Assembly (NCBI GenBank): GCA_039621445.1
Contig: CP154954.1
Location: 45,363,847-45,427,846 of the forward strand
Source of the DNA: Euglena gracilis
Lineage: Eukaryota
Direction of reading: 5' to 3'
Length of the DNA: 64,000 bases
The notes under the pieces: generated by a model
Told to the model about the DNA's origin: nothing
Database searches by the model: none
Seen by the model: the letters and a program-made list of their open reading frames with translations, nothing else
Made by a program: the position numbers and the translations under genes
Part shown: piece after piece, positions 37,501 through 47,041 of the stretch
How positions within the stretch are numbered: the first letter of the stretch is position 1
Layout of the letters: every line of letters starts with the position of its first letter

Positions 37501-40457
37501 ACATGAGGAGTGGGTATTGGCAAATCCCAATCACAAAAAGAGCAGCAAATTTGTCTGCATTTTGCATTCCATCTGGGAGGTGTTTTCGTCCCAAAAGGAT
37601 GATGTTTGGCCTAAGTAATGCACCGGGTATTTTTCAGGAGCTGATGGAAATTCTAACCTCCCAATGCAAAACGGATTTGAGGGTGAGAGAGATTTTGAAG
37701 GATGGACACCTGGCTTCTTTTTTTGACGACACAGGGGTTGGTGCAAACTCTGAGGAGGATCATTTGTATCTTTTGGAAAAGTGGTTTGAAGTTTGCAGAA
37801 AGAACCAAGTGAGAATTAAATTGAGCAAATGTTCCTTTCTGAATCAGTCCATTGACTATTTGGGTTTCTCGTTGGGATGGGGAATGTGGCAGGCAAACAA
37901 AAGAAACATTGAACCAATTCTGAGTTTTCGAGTTCAGAATCAAAGGGATTTGAGGCGAATTTTGGGAGCCATGAATTTCTACCGCAGACACGTGAAAGGT
38001 TTTACTTTTGACTCAGCCCCGCTCACAGACCTTCTGAAAAAGAATGTGAAATGGAGGTGGACTGAAAAGGAGGAGAGTTGTTTGAATGCATTGAAAAGGA
38101 AATTGTCTTCTCTTGATGTTTTGGGTACCCCCAGGAGTTCAGGAGAGATTGTTTTGGTGACTGACAGTTCGGATTTGGGAGGTGGTTCAGCATTGTTTCA
38201 GTGGCAAACCCTCCAACAAACACAAATTCCTGAGAATTTTCGAACAAGTGGTGTGAAGGTGGATGGGACCCTGAAAAACAACTACCCCAGTGAAATGAGG
38301 TTGGTGCCCCTGGGCCACTACAACTGGAAATGGAGTGAGGCAAGAAAAAAATACACTACCTGGGAAAAGGAAATTTTGAGTGGTGTGCTGACCATTGCTT
38401 CACAAACGAGGATTTTGCAAAATCTGCCAATTGTGTGGATGACAGACAATGAGGCAGCCACCTCTTTCCTGAAGGGTGGACCCCCCCTCAACAAAAGATT
38501 GAGAAGGATGTATGTGTTTTTGAACCAGTTCAAACTGAATATCGTTCATGTGGCAGGTTGCAAAAATGAATTGTGTGATTTTTTGTCTCGTGCTGATTTT
38601 GAGAACAAATTTGAAATTCATTTTGAGGAAGAAGCAAGGAACGCTTTTCAGAAAATGGATGTGCAGCTTGACCTGTTTTTGCAGAAGATTTTCAGTTTGT
38701 CCCACCGAGTGCAAGTGTCAGAAAAGGATTATTCGAATTCAGAGCTGAAGGATTTTTGGGAAAAAGTGGAGGTTTCAAAACCCTGTTTCATTGACAATGA
38801 GTTTTGGTTCAGATCTGCCAAGGCCATGTATTGTGAAGGAAAATTGGTTGTTCCCTCTCATTTGTTGAAGGTTTGTTTGGATGAATGTCACAAGGCAAGC
38901 AACCATGTTGGTGCTGAAAGGACTTTGTTGTTCTTTTTGAGCCATTTTCAGTCCAAGGTTTCCAAGAAAGACATGTTGGAAATTTGCAGGGCCATTGTGA
39001 TGACATGTGAAATTTGCACCCTTTCAAAAAAAAACCGCCCCAGTGACCGTGGAAAGGTGGGTTCTTTACCGATTCCAACAGTGAGCAATGAAGTTTTGTG
39101 TTTGGATTTTGTGCAAATGGACCCCTACAATGGTTTTGACTATGTGCTGACTTTGGTCGACAATTTGTCCCATTTTTGCCAATTCATCCCCACACAGAAA
39201 ACGGTAACCGGAGAAGGTGTTTTGAGGCTTATTTTGGACCGGTGGATTTCTGTTTTTGGAAAACCGTCTGTTGTGAGGTCTGACAACGACGTGCGATTCA
39301 GACAGCCCAGTGGTTTTTACCAGACAGCCCTGAAAGCTCTCGACGTGAAATTATCGTTTTCTCTGCCCCGGAACCCCCGATCAAACGGTTTGGTTGAAAA
39401 TGTCAATAAAATGTTCTTGCAGAATATGCGAGCATTGAGTCTGTCTTCCAAGGACAAAAATTGGGTGCAGCTGATCCCGTGTTGCACATTTTTGATGAAT
39501 TCGCAGATTTCCCCCACAACAATGTTGTCACCCCATGAAATGTTTTTGGGCAGACCAGCTTGGAGGTTGGAATTACCCCTAGAACCGGTGACAAATCCAG
39601 AAACCCATTCTTGGCTTTTGACACAGATGGAAATTCAAGAAAAAGCTTCTCAGAGATTGAAAGAATTGAGGAAAAAAGATTTTGAGAGTGCCAACAAAGG
39701 GAGGGTACCAGCAAAAATTGAAGAAGATGACTATGTTTTGGTGCACAACAAAAGATGGCCAAACAAATCATGGCCCAAGCTTTCCCCCCCCTGGCAAGGA
39801 CCTTTTCGGGTTCTCAAATCGAGGTTCAATTCAGTGCAAATTGCAAGCAGTCCATCTTTGGGAGGGGTCATTGATGTCTCTTTGGGTTTGTGCAAAAAGT
39901 GGGAGGTTGCTTTGCATGAAGAAAGCCTTTTGGAAGAAGACCCAGACCTTTTGACCGGTGATGTGGTTGTGGGAGACCCAGTGGAGGGTGACACCCCCAT
40001 GCCAGACCAGGGAGGGGATCCCCCCCTTCAAATGTCGGAAGAAGAACAAGCACAATTGGGTTTTTACAATGTTTACAAGATTTTGAAGCACAAGTACCAA
40101 GGGGGATGGAAATTTTTGGTTTGGTGGGAGAATTTTCCGGCAAGCAGCAGTACATGGGAGCCTGTGGCTTCCTTTGTGCAACCAGGAGGCAGAATGAATG
40201 AGGTTTTCAAGAATTATTGTGTGGATCACAATTTACAATCGATCCTACGCCAGGCGCTCAGAATGTTTTGCGACGTTTCAGAATGCGAATGGGGGTTGGC
40301 ATCGCAAGAGACAGCCTGGCCTCCCCCCAAATGTTTTGATCGTGCTTTCAGTCACGCGGGAGGAAAGTCAAGCCCCCCAGGGGGCCTTTTGGATGGTTTT
40401 TCGGGTCAGGAGACACCAACCCGCCTCGCCATGGGTGGATTGTTGTCTAACCTTTGA
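34515..40457 (+). CDS. Gag-Pol polyprotein: Gag/Zn knuckle - protease - N6-adenine methyltransferase-like - RT - RNase H - integrase - chromodomain
   Basis: CRFCHKKGHYEDRC; ILDTGA; IDLFA...WANPPF; LDMRSGYWQ, MFGLSNAPGIFQ, FFDD; VTDSSD, EKE, TDN; H..H...CEIC with D,D,E core (LDFV, SDND, GLVE); WQGPFRV; FLVWWENF...STWEP. Confidence 0.95.
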   Translation: MSSIEDLERRLQELEIKSASSSQSVFTPVNPITQVETFLKQIVEPNSSNPSQSSTQSSRLPPVKLPEFDGANWPEFLKDFGRWLRLTGAVAFGNVQKKDWLLECCTPKVKKLVEKVMDENDDFEKVLLEIANLFPTLENDMTLRSAIDKLPALSQNPEPQDIKKLFIELDNLMARLSPQAMSEQEKFLVLLRKLHPRMYADIRADRFYKHRSETFTDLRKTILEKSSEDWLERNLLKKENLRPLIERPPDQSEKVGESVPESGKGGKSGGKGKGKGKGKGKGERKVDDTPAPRFGATIFCRFCHKKGHYEDRCWSKEKFEKKKAAAQKGAGKGTPSVQPQGVQTQVTPPRERTPKRKADALQLLQMVCKTYLLPVKVYGKEIQAILDTGATITAVSKKCVPENKIQRSAAVPLQIGNGEYIFSEGVCEVSLELGRKTLRLKAVVVETNAFEAVLGTDFTESEFFGGLLTRPPRIIIDGEEFLLQSHDGDHTIKRIFRLFKTESYTLAKPVKSKALDELKISEGQICIDLFANHLNHTQSLYMTKGNSAYRYSWERLLCDIGASKFLWANPPFSQLSKVVTKLCIEETKMVLVHPDWVDQYWSPLLERVTVARVKISSGVPLFVGDRCKKVLPSPLWNTFVSVVDTVQFKVDFELLDPKIVSWLRKVSRNWSLDELRGEIRKYPTVDDGIQVDIPDVPDVPPLQQATQPASPPADKQVFESPSFPLENVPPKESDEKVKEWLDNVVVFEPMNEHENINFLAELTKDIESELSLFQEVRKDVEVMFFQLAQPVEDVQFAKPVKTPKATIKMDELKSISQVLHEKIWTLEAQKKADEKSSKLFTENLSGEFEKEVEKFRDHPRLYELLVKFSDVFGPLPTISESPPPLPVLMDIELKPEWEGKPLRQKCWPMPQEDEKENDLQCEELLKSGLIEQFPVGEIPQVCSPTFLVDKKGSSTRRMVIHYGKLNARSKAHAGYLPSMDVLIESLAKCRWKSTLDMRSGYWQIPITKRAANLSAFCIPSGRCFRPKRMMFGLSNAPGIFQELMEILTSQCKTDLRVREILKDGHLASFFDDTGVGANSEEDHLYLLEKWFEVCRKNQVRIKLSKCSFLNQSIDYLGFSLGWGMWQANKRNIEPILSFRVQNQRDLRRILGAMNFYRRHVKGFTFDSAPLTDLLKKNVKWRWTEKEESCLNALKRKLSSLDVLGTPRSSGEIVLVTDSSDLGGGSALFQWQTLQQTQIPENFRTSGVKVDGTLKNNYPSEMRLVPLGHYNWKWSEARKKYTTWEKEILSGVLTIASQTRILQNLPIVWMTDNEAATSFLKGGPPLNKRLRRMYVFLNQFKLNIVHVAGCKNELCDFLSRADFENKFEIHFEEEARNAFQKMDVQLDLFLQKIFSLSHRVQVSEKDYSNSELKDFWEKVEVSKPCFIDNEFWFRSAKAMYCEGKLVVPSHLLKVCLDECHKASNHVGAERTLLFFLSHFQSKVSKKDMLEICRAIVMTCEICTLSKKNRPSDRGKVGSLPIPTVSNEVLCLDFVQMDPYNGFDYVLTLVDNLSHFCQFIPTQKTVTGEGVLRLILDRWISVFGKPSVVRSDNDVRFRQPSGFYQTALKALDVKLSFSLPRNPRSNGLVENVNKMFLQNMRALSLSSKDKNWVQLIPCCTFLMNSQISPTTMLSPHEMFLGRPAWRLELPLEPVTNPETHSWLLTQMEIQEKASQRLKELRKKDFESANKGRVPAKIEEDDYVLVHNKRWPNKSWPKLSPPWQGPFRVLKSRFNSVQIASSPSLGGVIDVSLGLCKKWEVALHEESLLEEDPDLLTGDVVVGDPVEGDTPMPDQGGDPPLQMSEEEQAQLGFYNVYKILKHKYQGGWKFLVWWENFPASSSTWEPVASFVQPGGRMNEVFKNYCVDHNLQSILRQALRMFCDVSECEWGLASQETAWPPPKCFDRAFSHAGGKSSPPGGLLDGFSGQETPTRLAMGGLLSNL

Positions 40458-40743
40458 AGGCTTACAGTCACAAACCTGCCATTGATGCGAGGAGTTTCGC
40501 CCAGGTTTGTGTTACTTTTGAATGGCAAGCCAACCACGAAGTGAAGGGACCACGGTGAACGTCGGAAGTAACCTCTTTTACCTTCCTTTGTGTTGACATT
40601 TGTCGTTCTGAACCTTTTTTGTGGACAATTCGTGTTGAACACCATTCATTCGTGCTTGAACCATAGTAAAGCCATTTTGTTTGTGGTGTGATGCCGTTTC
40701 GTCCTGTGCCTGTGGCGCCGCGTCCTCCGGCATGGGGGGCGTG

Positions 40744-40934
40744 TGCGGACTATTTACTAACCGCCTGAACCGAACTTTGTATTCCTAATTCGAACCTTTC
40801 CTCCTGTGCAGACTGCTGGCTCTGGTTATGTCTCAACATTGATTGTGTTACGTCTTTGGGGACAATTGGGATATCAAGAAAAATTGGGAATCCGAGGATT
40901 TCAATAAAAACAAAAGAATATTCTGAGACGTCCA
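40744..40934 (+). repeat. 3' LTR preceded by a G-rich polypurine tract
   Basis: Direct repeat of the 5' LTR; ATGGGGGGCG just upstream. Confidence 0.95.
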
Positions 40935-41394
40935 TAGTGCAATCATTTAGCTTCTGGGGGGCCCTGTCTGAAAGGCGCCTGGGCCTCCCACCCAAGAGTA
41001 CCTTGTACGAACCTGGTAGCCTTGTGCTTGAAATTGTTGCTGCAGTCTTCTGGCTTCATGAAGACGACGGCTGTCATGGCTTTTGATAGTGTTGGCTTAC
41101 ATAGCTTGAACCTGGAAATGATGGCCACCAGGGCCTTGACGTGAAGGGCTGATGCCCTGCCTGGATCTGCTGCCCTTGGGGAGTGTCTGTTGGACCTGTT
41201 GCTGCAGACTCCCTTCCTTTTGATATTGGTGGCTGACATAGCCCCAGTCTTTGTGATAATGCTGGCCATTGCCTTGGCCTTGGAAATTCGCTGTCTTTCC
41301 GGGGGGTGGGGGGTTGTGACGGCCACGGACTGGGGTTTTGCTGCTGCTACCTAAGGTTCTGTGACTTCTGCATTCCCCAGCGTCCGCTGCCCAC

Positions 41395-44300
41395 TCGTAC
41401 TCCCTCGAGGAATACCGAAAAGGGAGGAAGGGACACCGAGGGCGAAGCACAAAAAACTTGTGAGGCTATGCCTTGCTCGCCGGCGGTGTTGTGTGATTGC
41501 TCGCTGCGCTGGGTTAGGAGTCCCCGGTTGGCTGACGATGCTGCTCAGACGTGGCGACGTGGCTTCTTGCTCCTCGGGGGGGGGTCCCTCCCTTCTGCCC
41601 CCCTGGCCCCAATTTTCTTTTGACCTAGGGCTCTTGAAAACAAATTTTCTTTTACGGGTGGGCGGGTCGGGCTCACAATGTCTTTGTGGTTCGCCCTCTG
41701 TGTCCCTTCCTCTCTTGTCGGTTTTCCTCGAGGTAGTACGAGGCACCTCGGGCTCCACACTTTGCCATTTGTGAGGCCTGATTGTGCACTAGAATTAGGG
41801 GGGTCAGGGCATTTTCTAAGGAACCTTGGGAACCAAGTCGTTGATAATGGGCTGTAAAAGCCTCCACCCCCTCAGCTGGCCTATTTAACAAACTTCTTGG
41901 GCAGAAAGGCCCAATTTTTTGAGTAAACCAACTCCAGCCCCTCTGGTGCAGTGGGCCCCCCACACCTGGGGGGTACCTCTTTTTGGCCAAAAAATCTTCG
42001 GTTATTGAAGAAATTGTGTCAGCACTTATGGATTTGTAAGGGGGCTTTAGTGAAATTAGGAGGGGACCCCCAGGTCTGACGGATGAACGTGTGGCAGCCA
42101 CATAGGACATCATCAAATGAAAAGGGCTGATTTGTGGACATTGGAGAATTGTCACAAATCTCTCCCACTTGTGGAACTTTTGGCCTCTACACTAAATTTG
42201 GATGTTGGGCACCTTGCCCAACACGTTGGTTGTACGCTTGATTCTTTCCAAATGAGTAGATCGAGAAAAACAGAGGATTGGGGCACAAAAAAATGAGCTG
42301 TGTACGCAATGTAAAAATATCAGTGGGGAAGGGAGCTTAGGCCAGCCCTTGGAGGATTGGGAGGGGGTTTTGGGAGGGGGTCCCAAAATGCACCGTAATT
42401 CTCCAAGTTTTGGTTCCAAAGTCTTTTGTAAGGTGCTAACATGGTGTGGAATCTCAGTCCACCAAACCCAGGGATCAAAAGCATAGCACTGTGTGCATTA
42501 TGGGCCTGGGTTTTTGAAAATTAAAATATTTAGATCAAGGCGTCAGCCACTTGGTCTGTGGTGGCTTTGGGGGGGGGGGGCATTTTCTCCAAAATAGCCC
42601 AAAGAAGCGGAAAAACCCGCTTGGATAGCGCCTTAGGCTGGGATTTCTCCACAGGAAATCTTCAATGGTTTTATTTGTATTTGTTCCCCATCCAATATTT
42701 TCCTGCGCAAATCATGCATTTTCACGCAGGTGGTCCCTGGAACATTCATCTTTATTAATTGGGGCCACCACGTGGCTGAATCCCAAAATGGGTTGACCAT
42801 CAAAACTTCGGTCTGGGGGAAATTTTCAATCGTGGGAGGATTTTTGAATTACTGACGGGGGGGTTGGCACAAAGTCCCCCATGTTGTCCAGTGGGCTTTG
42901 GAGGGCAACCACTGCTGTGGCCTCCCAGTGGGACCATCTGGCTACAAAATTGGGCTGTTTTTTGTTGCCTGGGGAGGCAAATAAATATGGTTCCAAATTT
43001 ATGAAATCTTTGAAATGCAGCCTTAGACATTGAAAGAGCTGGGAGTGAGTAATTCCCCCCTGTCTGACTCCCACCTGCTTATGGGGTCTGCTAAGCATTC
43101 CTTTGAAGGAACCCATTTCACTCGTAGAATTAAAAAATTTTATATTGACATGAAAAATGGAGCTCTCTCTCTAAACTCGGGGACAATTCCTACAGTATGA
43201 ACGTCCAGCCCCCCCCCCTCCAGGAATGGGTGCTGCTGTCGGAGTGTAACTCCCTTGTTGCACTTTGGGGAAAACATCTCCCCCCAGGTGTCTAGTAGAT
43301 TTTATATTTCCATCAAATGGCCTTTTATGTTCTGTGACATGGAATGCTTTGAGTCCCATGGGTCTGCAGACTTTTTGACCAAAAAATGTTGTCAGGGAAT
43401 CTGTGAAAGCCCTTAAAAAAAAGTGCACGGACATGAGGTTGTACCTGATCTGGCCCGGCAGCCAACTGCCTTTTCGACATGAAATCTTTTTTCACTATTT
43501 TTTCAAGCTCTTTTTCTATTGTTTTCATCTTTCGGGGAGCAATTTGCAATTTTCCCTCTTGGAAATTTAACTGGAAGCCCAAGTGGTTTACAACCTGTGT
43601 GGGCTCCAAGGTTGACTTTTTGACATTTATTTTGAACCCGAATCGATTCGGTCACTGACAACCCTGTTCAAGTGTTTTTGCAATGTATTTTGGGTGGGGG
43701 CAACCAATAAAATGTCGTCCAGGTAAATAAAAACCTGGATTCCATATTTCCTCCGACGTTTTTTGAATGTCTGCATGACTGACATAAAAAATTGTGGCAT
43801 CACATTTCGGCGAAAACAGCCTGCCTGGAATTCCCAGGTTTGCCGCTCCACCTGATGCTTTAGAAAGGGTTTTGGGGCTGGGTTCACTGGAAGGTGAAAA
43901 TATGCGCCTTTTAAGTCCATTTTGGCCGCCCAGTGGCCTTTCTCCAAAACTGGGAAAATGTTTTGAATGTGATCTACTTTGAAAGATTTGAAGGGAAAAT
44001 TTTGGTTTATTTCCCTGCAGTCGCTTATGAACCTCCACTTCGTTTGCCCTCCTTCTGGCTTTGATATCAGGAACCAGGGAATTAGATGTTGGGTTCCTGA
44101 ATCCCGAACCATCTTTATGGACCCATTTCTTCGTAGTCCAACAGGTTTTTTTCTGCCTGTTTCAGGTCCAGGTTGGGTCTGTTTTTTGGATGTGTGGATA
44201 ATATTGGGGGTTTGACGCAAGGGGGGGGTGAATGCCATCTTTTATGAGTTGGCAGGTGGCTGGGGGGGCATTTTTCAGCCACAATTTTAGACTTTTTTTT

Positions 44301-45701
44301 TGCAGTCTCTGGTGCAAGGGGGTGTCCCCCACTTTTCTTCCATGGAATTTATACCCTTGATCAATTGATTTTCTGGGATATGGGTTGGGGCTTTGGAACA
44401 TTTCACAACCCTCATTTCCCCTGGGGTTTGATCTTTTCCAGAATGTAATCGATGGGGGGGGTGTTCGTGCACTCACCCTCTCTCTCACAGACTCTCTGGT
44501 CCTCCAACTATTCATTTGGGTAGTCTGCTGACATACCATAGAGGGGCCCTTCAAGGTGCCTCCCTTGATTTCCCCTTCCATGGGAATAAAGGATTAATCT
44601 GGGGGGTTGACCCCCTTTATCCTCCTTTGCCTTCTCTCGGGCATCTTCCTGGGGCTGCTGGAATTGATTGACATAATAAAGTTGGCAGCTTAGCTTCTGG
44701 GGGGCCATTTATGGACCACCCCTTTAGCCCCCATGGCCCTGTGAGTTCTGGCCATCTTGGTCCTGAAGATAATGGCCGCCATGTCCATGAAGATAATGGC
44801 CTCCATGGCCGCGCAAAAGAAAATGATTCGAATTCTGGACTCCTTGGCCATGATCTCACCTCCCTGGGGATGAGCTTGACGTTGGTCTCCAGCTCCTCTT
44901 GAAATCTGGGGGGGGCTGCTGTGCCCCCCCCCCCTCTTCCCCTCGGAGGGGTAGTTGTGTTAGAAAGTTTGGGGGGATTTGGCAGACCTTTTCTGCCCGT
45001 TCCTGAAGGTAATTTCTTTGGAATTGGCCACCATGGCCTCCACCTTGGCCTTTATTCCATCTTCTCCACTTCTGTTCAAATTGTGTTCTGGCAACTGGGC
45101 GCCATTGTGGAACATGTCTTTGGAATCCTGTGGTCCGCTTTTGTCCCATCTTGCTTGATTGGGCTCCAATGCCCAGGCGTTTCTGCTGCGCTGGGGGTTC
45201 CTTCTTTCTTCTGGTCTTTCTGGCCACTGTGGTCCACAGGCCGTGGCCGTCACTCGGTGGGGTTTTCTGCTGGGAAATTTCTGAAGGTGGGATCTGGGGG
45301 GGCCACGGTTCGCCACATGTTGTCTGCACCTCCAGGTCCTCCGGCTGCCGCGGCGACAGCTGCTCCAGGTAGTTCACGTCGACCGCAAAATTCCAGCTTC
45401 TTCCCCACTTCATTGTTCATTGAAGTCGAATTTGAAATTGATAATTGACTTGTCAATTGAAATTCGTCTAGTTCGTCTACTTCTGAATATTATTTTGACA
45501 CTGACTTTTCCTTTTGTGTTCTCCTGCGTTTGAAACTCAGTTCCTTAATTCTGGGTTGTCGAAGGGTAATTTAAAAATCAGCAACTCCGGCCAACAAATG
45601 GCAGTGACTGGGTACTCCTAACCCAGCGCAGCTAGCAATCACACAGCACCGTCGGCGAGCAAAGCATGGCCTCAAAAGGGCAAAGTGCGGAGCCCGAGGT
45701 G
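41395..45701 (-). mobile_element. Full-length but decayed DIRS-type element
   Basis: RT 43627-44238 (WRFISDCREIN, IYLDDILL); recombinase remnant 41700-42400; inverted repeats 41461-41530 / 45606-45673; ICR 41680-41780 complementary to both ends. Confidence 0.88.
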
Positions 45702-46996
45702 TCGGACTCCCACGACAAAGGAAGGGGGAGGAAGGGACCAAGAGGGCGAAGCACAAGAAGATGGTGAGGTCCTGCTTTCCTTGCCGGCTGTTCTGTTCTG
45801 GTGTGTTTGTGCGTGCGCGGGGGGTGCTTCTTACTGCGCCTTTGTTGCCGGAGTTGGCGATGATGAGGCCTCCTCCGACACCTTGGCGAAGCTGAACCCC
45901 CGTGGCCCCCCCCCCCCCCCCCCCCTCTCCCATGGTCGCTTGGTGGGCCCCCCCCCCCTGATGGGGATGGTGGTCTCTTTCTGTGTTTCTGGGTGGGTGG
46001 TTGGGGCTGCTTGGTTGGGGGTCCCTTTTCTGGTTGGGATGTTTTTCTGCTGATTTTTTGGGTGGGAGGGTTGGGCTCACCATCTTCTTGTGCTTCGCCC
46101 TCTTGGTCCCTTCCTCCCCCTTCCTTTGTCGTGGGAGTCCGAGACCATTCGGGCTCCGCACTGCGAGATGGTGAGGTACTGTGCACCCCCCTTTGGGCCA
46201 TAATATGTTGAATTTTTGACACGACTCCCAGCCTCAAATAATGAGCTTGGAAGGCACCAAAATTTTTCCACTGACCCAGCTGCTGGACTTCTTCCACTTG
46301 CAAACCAGCATTTTTCCACCATAAGACCCCAGCCCCTCTGGTGCTGTGGGGTTTCCAGTGGGTGGTGTCCACCCCCCCCTCCTGCAGAATTTCTTTGGTT
46401 AGGGAATTCACCCTTTCTGATGTCAAAGGTCTTTTACCATCCAAAGACCACAACAAATTATTTTTGTGCCCAACCATGTGGGATATCCTACCCACATACT
46501 CTTTCAATAAATGCCATGGGCTGATGAGGGGGGTGTGTGGCAAATTCAAAATCTCTTCCCATTTTGGGAATTGCCACCCTTTCCTTTGCAATAAAATGAA
46601 AATTTTTTCTCCCACGAAACTGATTTTTCGCTGTGTCCTGGCTAAATCAACCCCCCTGTGGAGGGCCAAAAGCCTCCAACAGATGATGAGTCTGTTTCTG
46701 AGCTCTTTCACAGATAGGTCTGAGAGGGGTGTGGAATTCCTCATGATGTTTTCTAGGAAATCAGTGGGGTCCCAAAAGTGGGCATACTTGCAGACATTGG
46801 CATTCCACTTCCTTTTCAATGGAGCCAGAAGGGGTGAAAATCTCAAAGACCCAAACCCTGGGAGTAATAAGGCTGCTGCATATGCATTTCGTGCAGTATT
46901 GATGCTATGAACAGCAAGATCAAGGATGGCTTCAGCCATCTTGGGGACTGTGCACTGCTGCAGAGGCACCCCTTTGTGCAATAATTGACCCACCAA
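45632..46996 (-). CDS. Tyrosine recombinase of the DIRS element
   Basis: Catalytic pattern HRGVDL (R), RK, PHSTRG (HxxR), GQW, FQAHY (Y). Confidence 0.9.
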   Translation of the reverse strand: MVGQLLHKGVPLQQCTVPKMAEAILDLAVHSINTARNAYAAALLLPGFGSLRFSPLLAPLKRKWNANVCKYAHFWDPTDFLENIMRNSTPLSDLSVKELRNRLIICWRLLALHRGVDLARTQRKISFVGEKIFILLQRKGWQFPKWEEILNLPHTPLISPWHLLKEYVGRISHMVGHKNNLLWSLDGKRPLTSERVNSLTKEILQEGGVDTTHWKPHSTRGAGVLWWKNAGLQVEEVQQLGQWKNFGAFQAHYLRLGVVSKIQHIMAQRGVHSTSPSRSAEPEWSRTPTTKEGGGRDQEGEAQEDGEPNPPTQKISRKTSQPEKGPPTKQPQPPTQKHRKRPPSPSGGGGPPSDHGRGGGGGGGHGGSASPRCRRRPHHRQLRQQRRSKKHPPRTHKHTRTEQPARKAGPHHLLVLRPLGPFLPLPLSWESDTSGSALCPFEAMLCSPTVLCDC

Positions 46997-47041
46997 TGCC
47001 CTGAAGGCTGAGTCATATCTTTTGACATTTCCCAGATTTTT

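Larger units (their letters stand above)
33881..40934 (+). mobile_element. Intact Ty3/Gypsy chromovirus-type LTR retrotransposon
   Basis: 191-bp LTRs (TG..CA), 5-bp TSD TAGTG (33876-33880, 40935-40939), PBS, PPT and one long ORF. Confidence 0.96.
32025..41390 (-). mobile_element. Degenerate DIRS-type element (32025-33880 + 40935-41390) split by the Gypsy insertion
   Basis: KIDLKDAYVH (RT) and VDSRVAVSYLTKWG, PGDYT (RNase H/MT). The joined flanks align to 49160-49260 of the intact DIRS. Confidence 0.85.

Noticed and set aside
45632-46996. Prophage or integron integrase
   Set aside because: The context (RT/RH/MT, ITRs, ICR) shows it is a DIRS recombinase.
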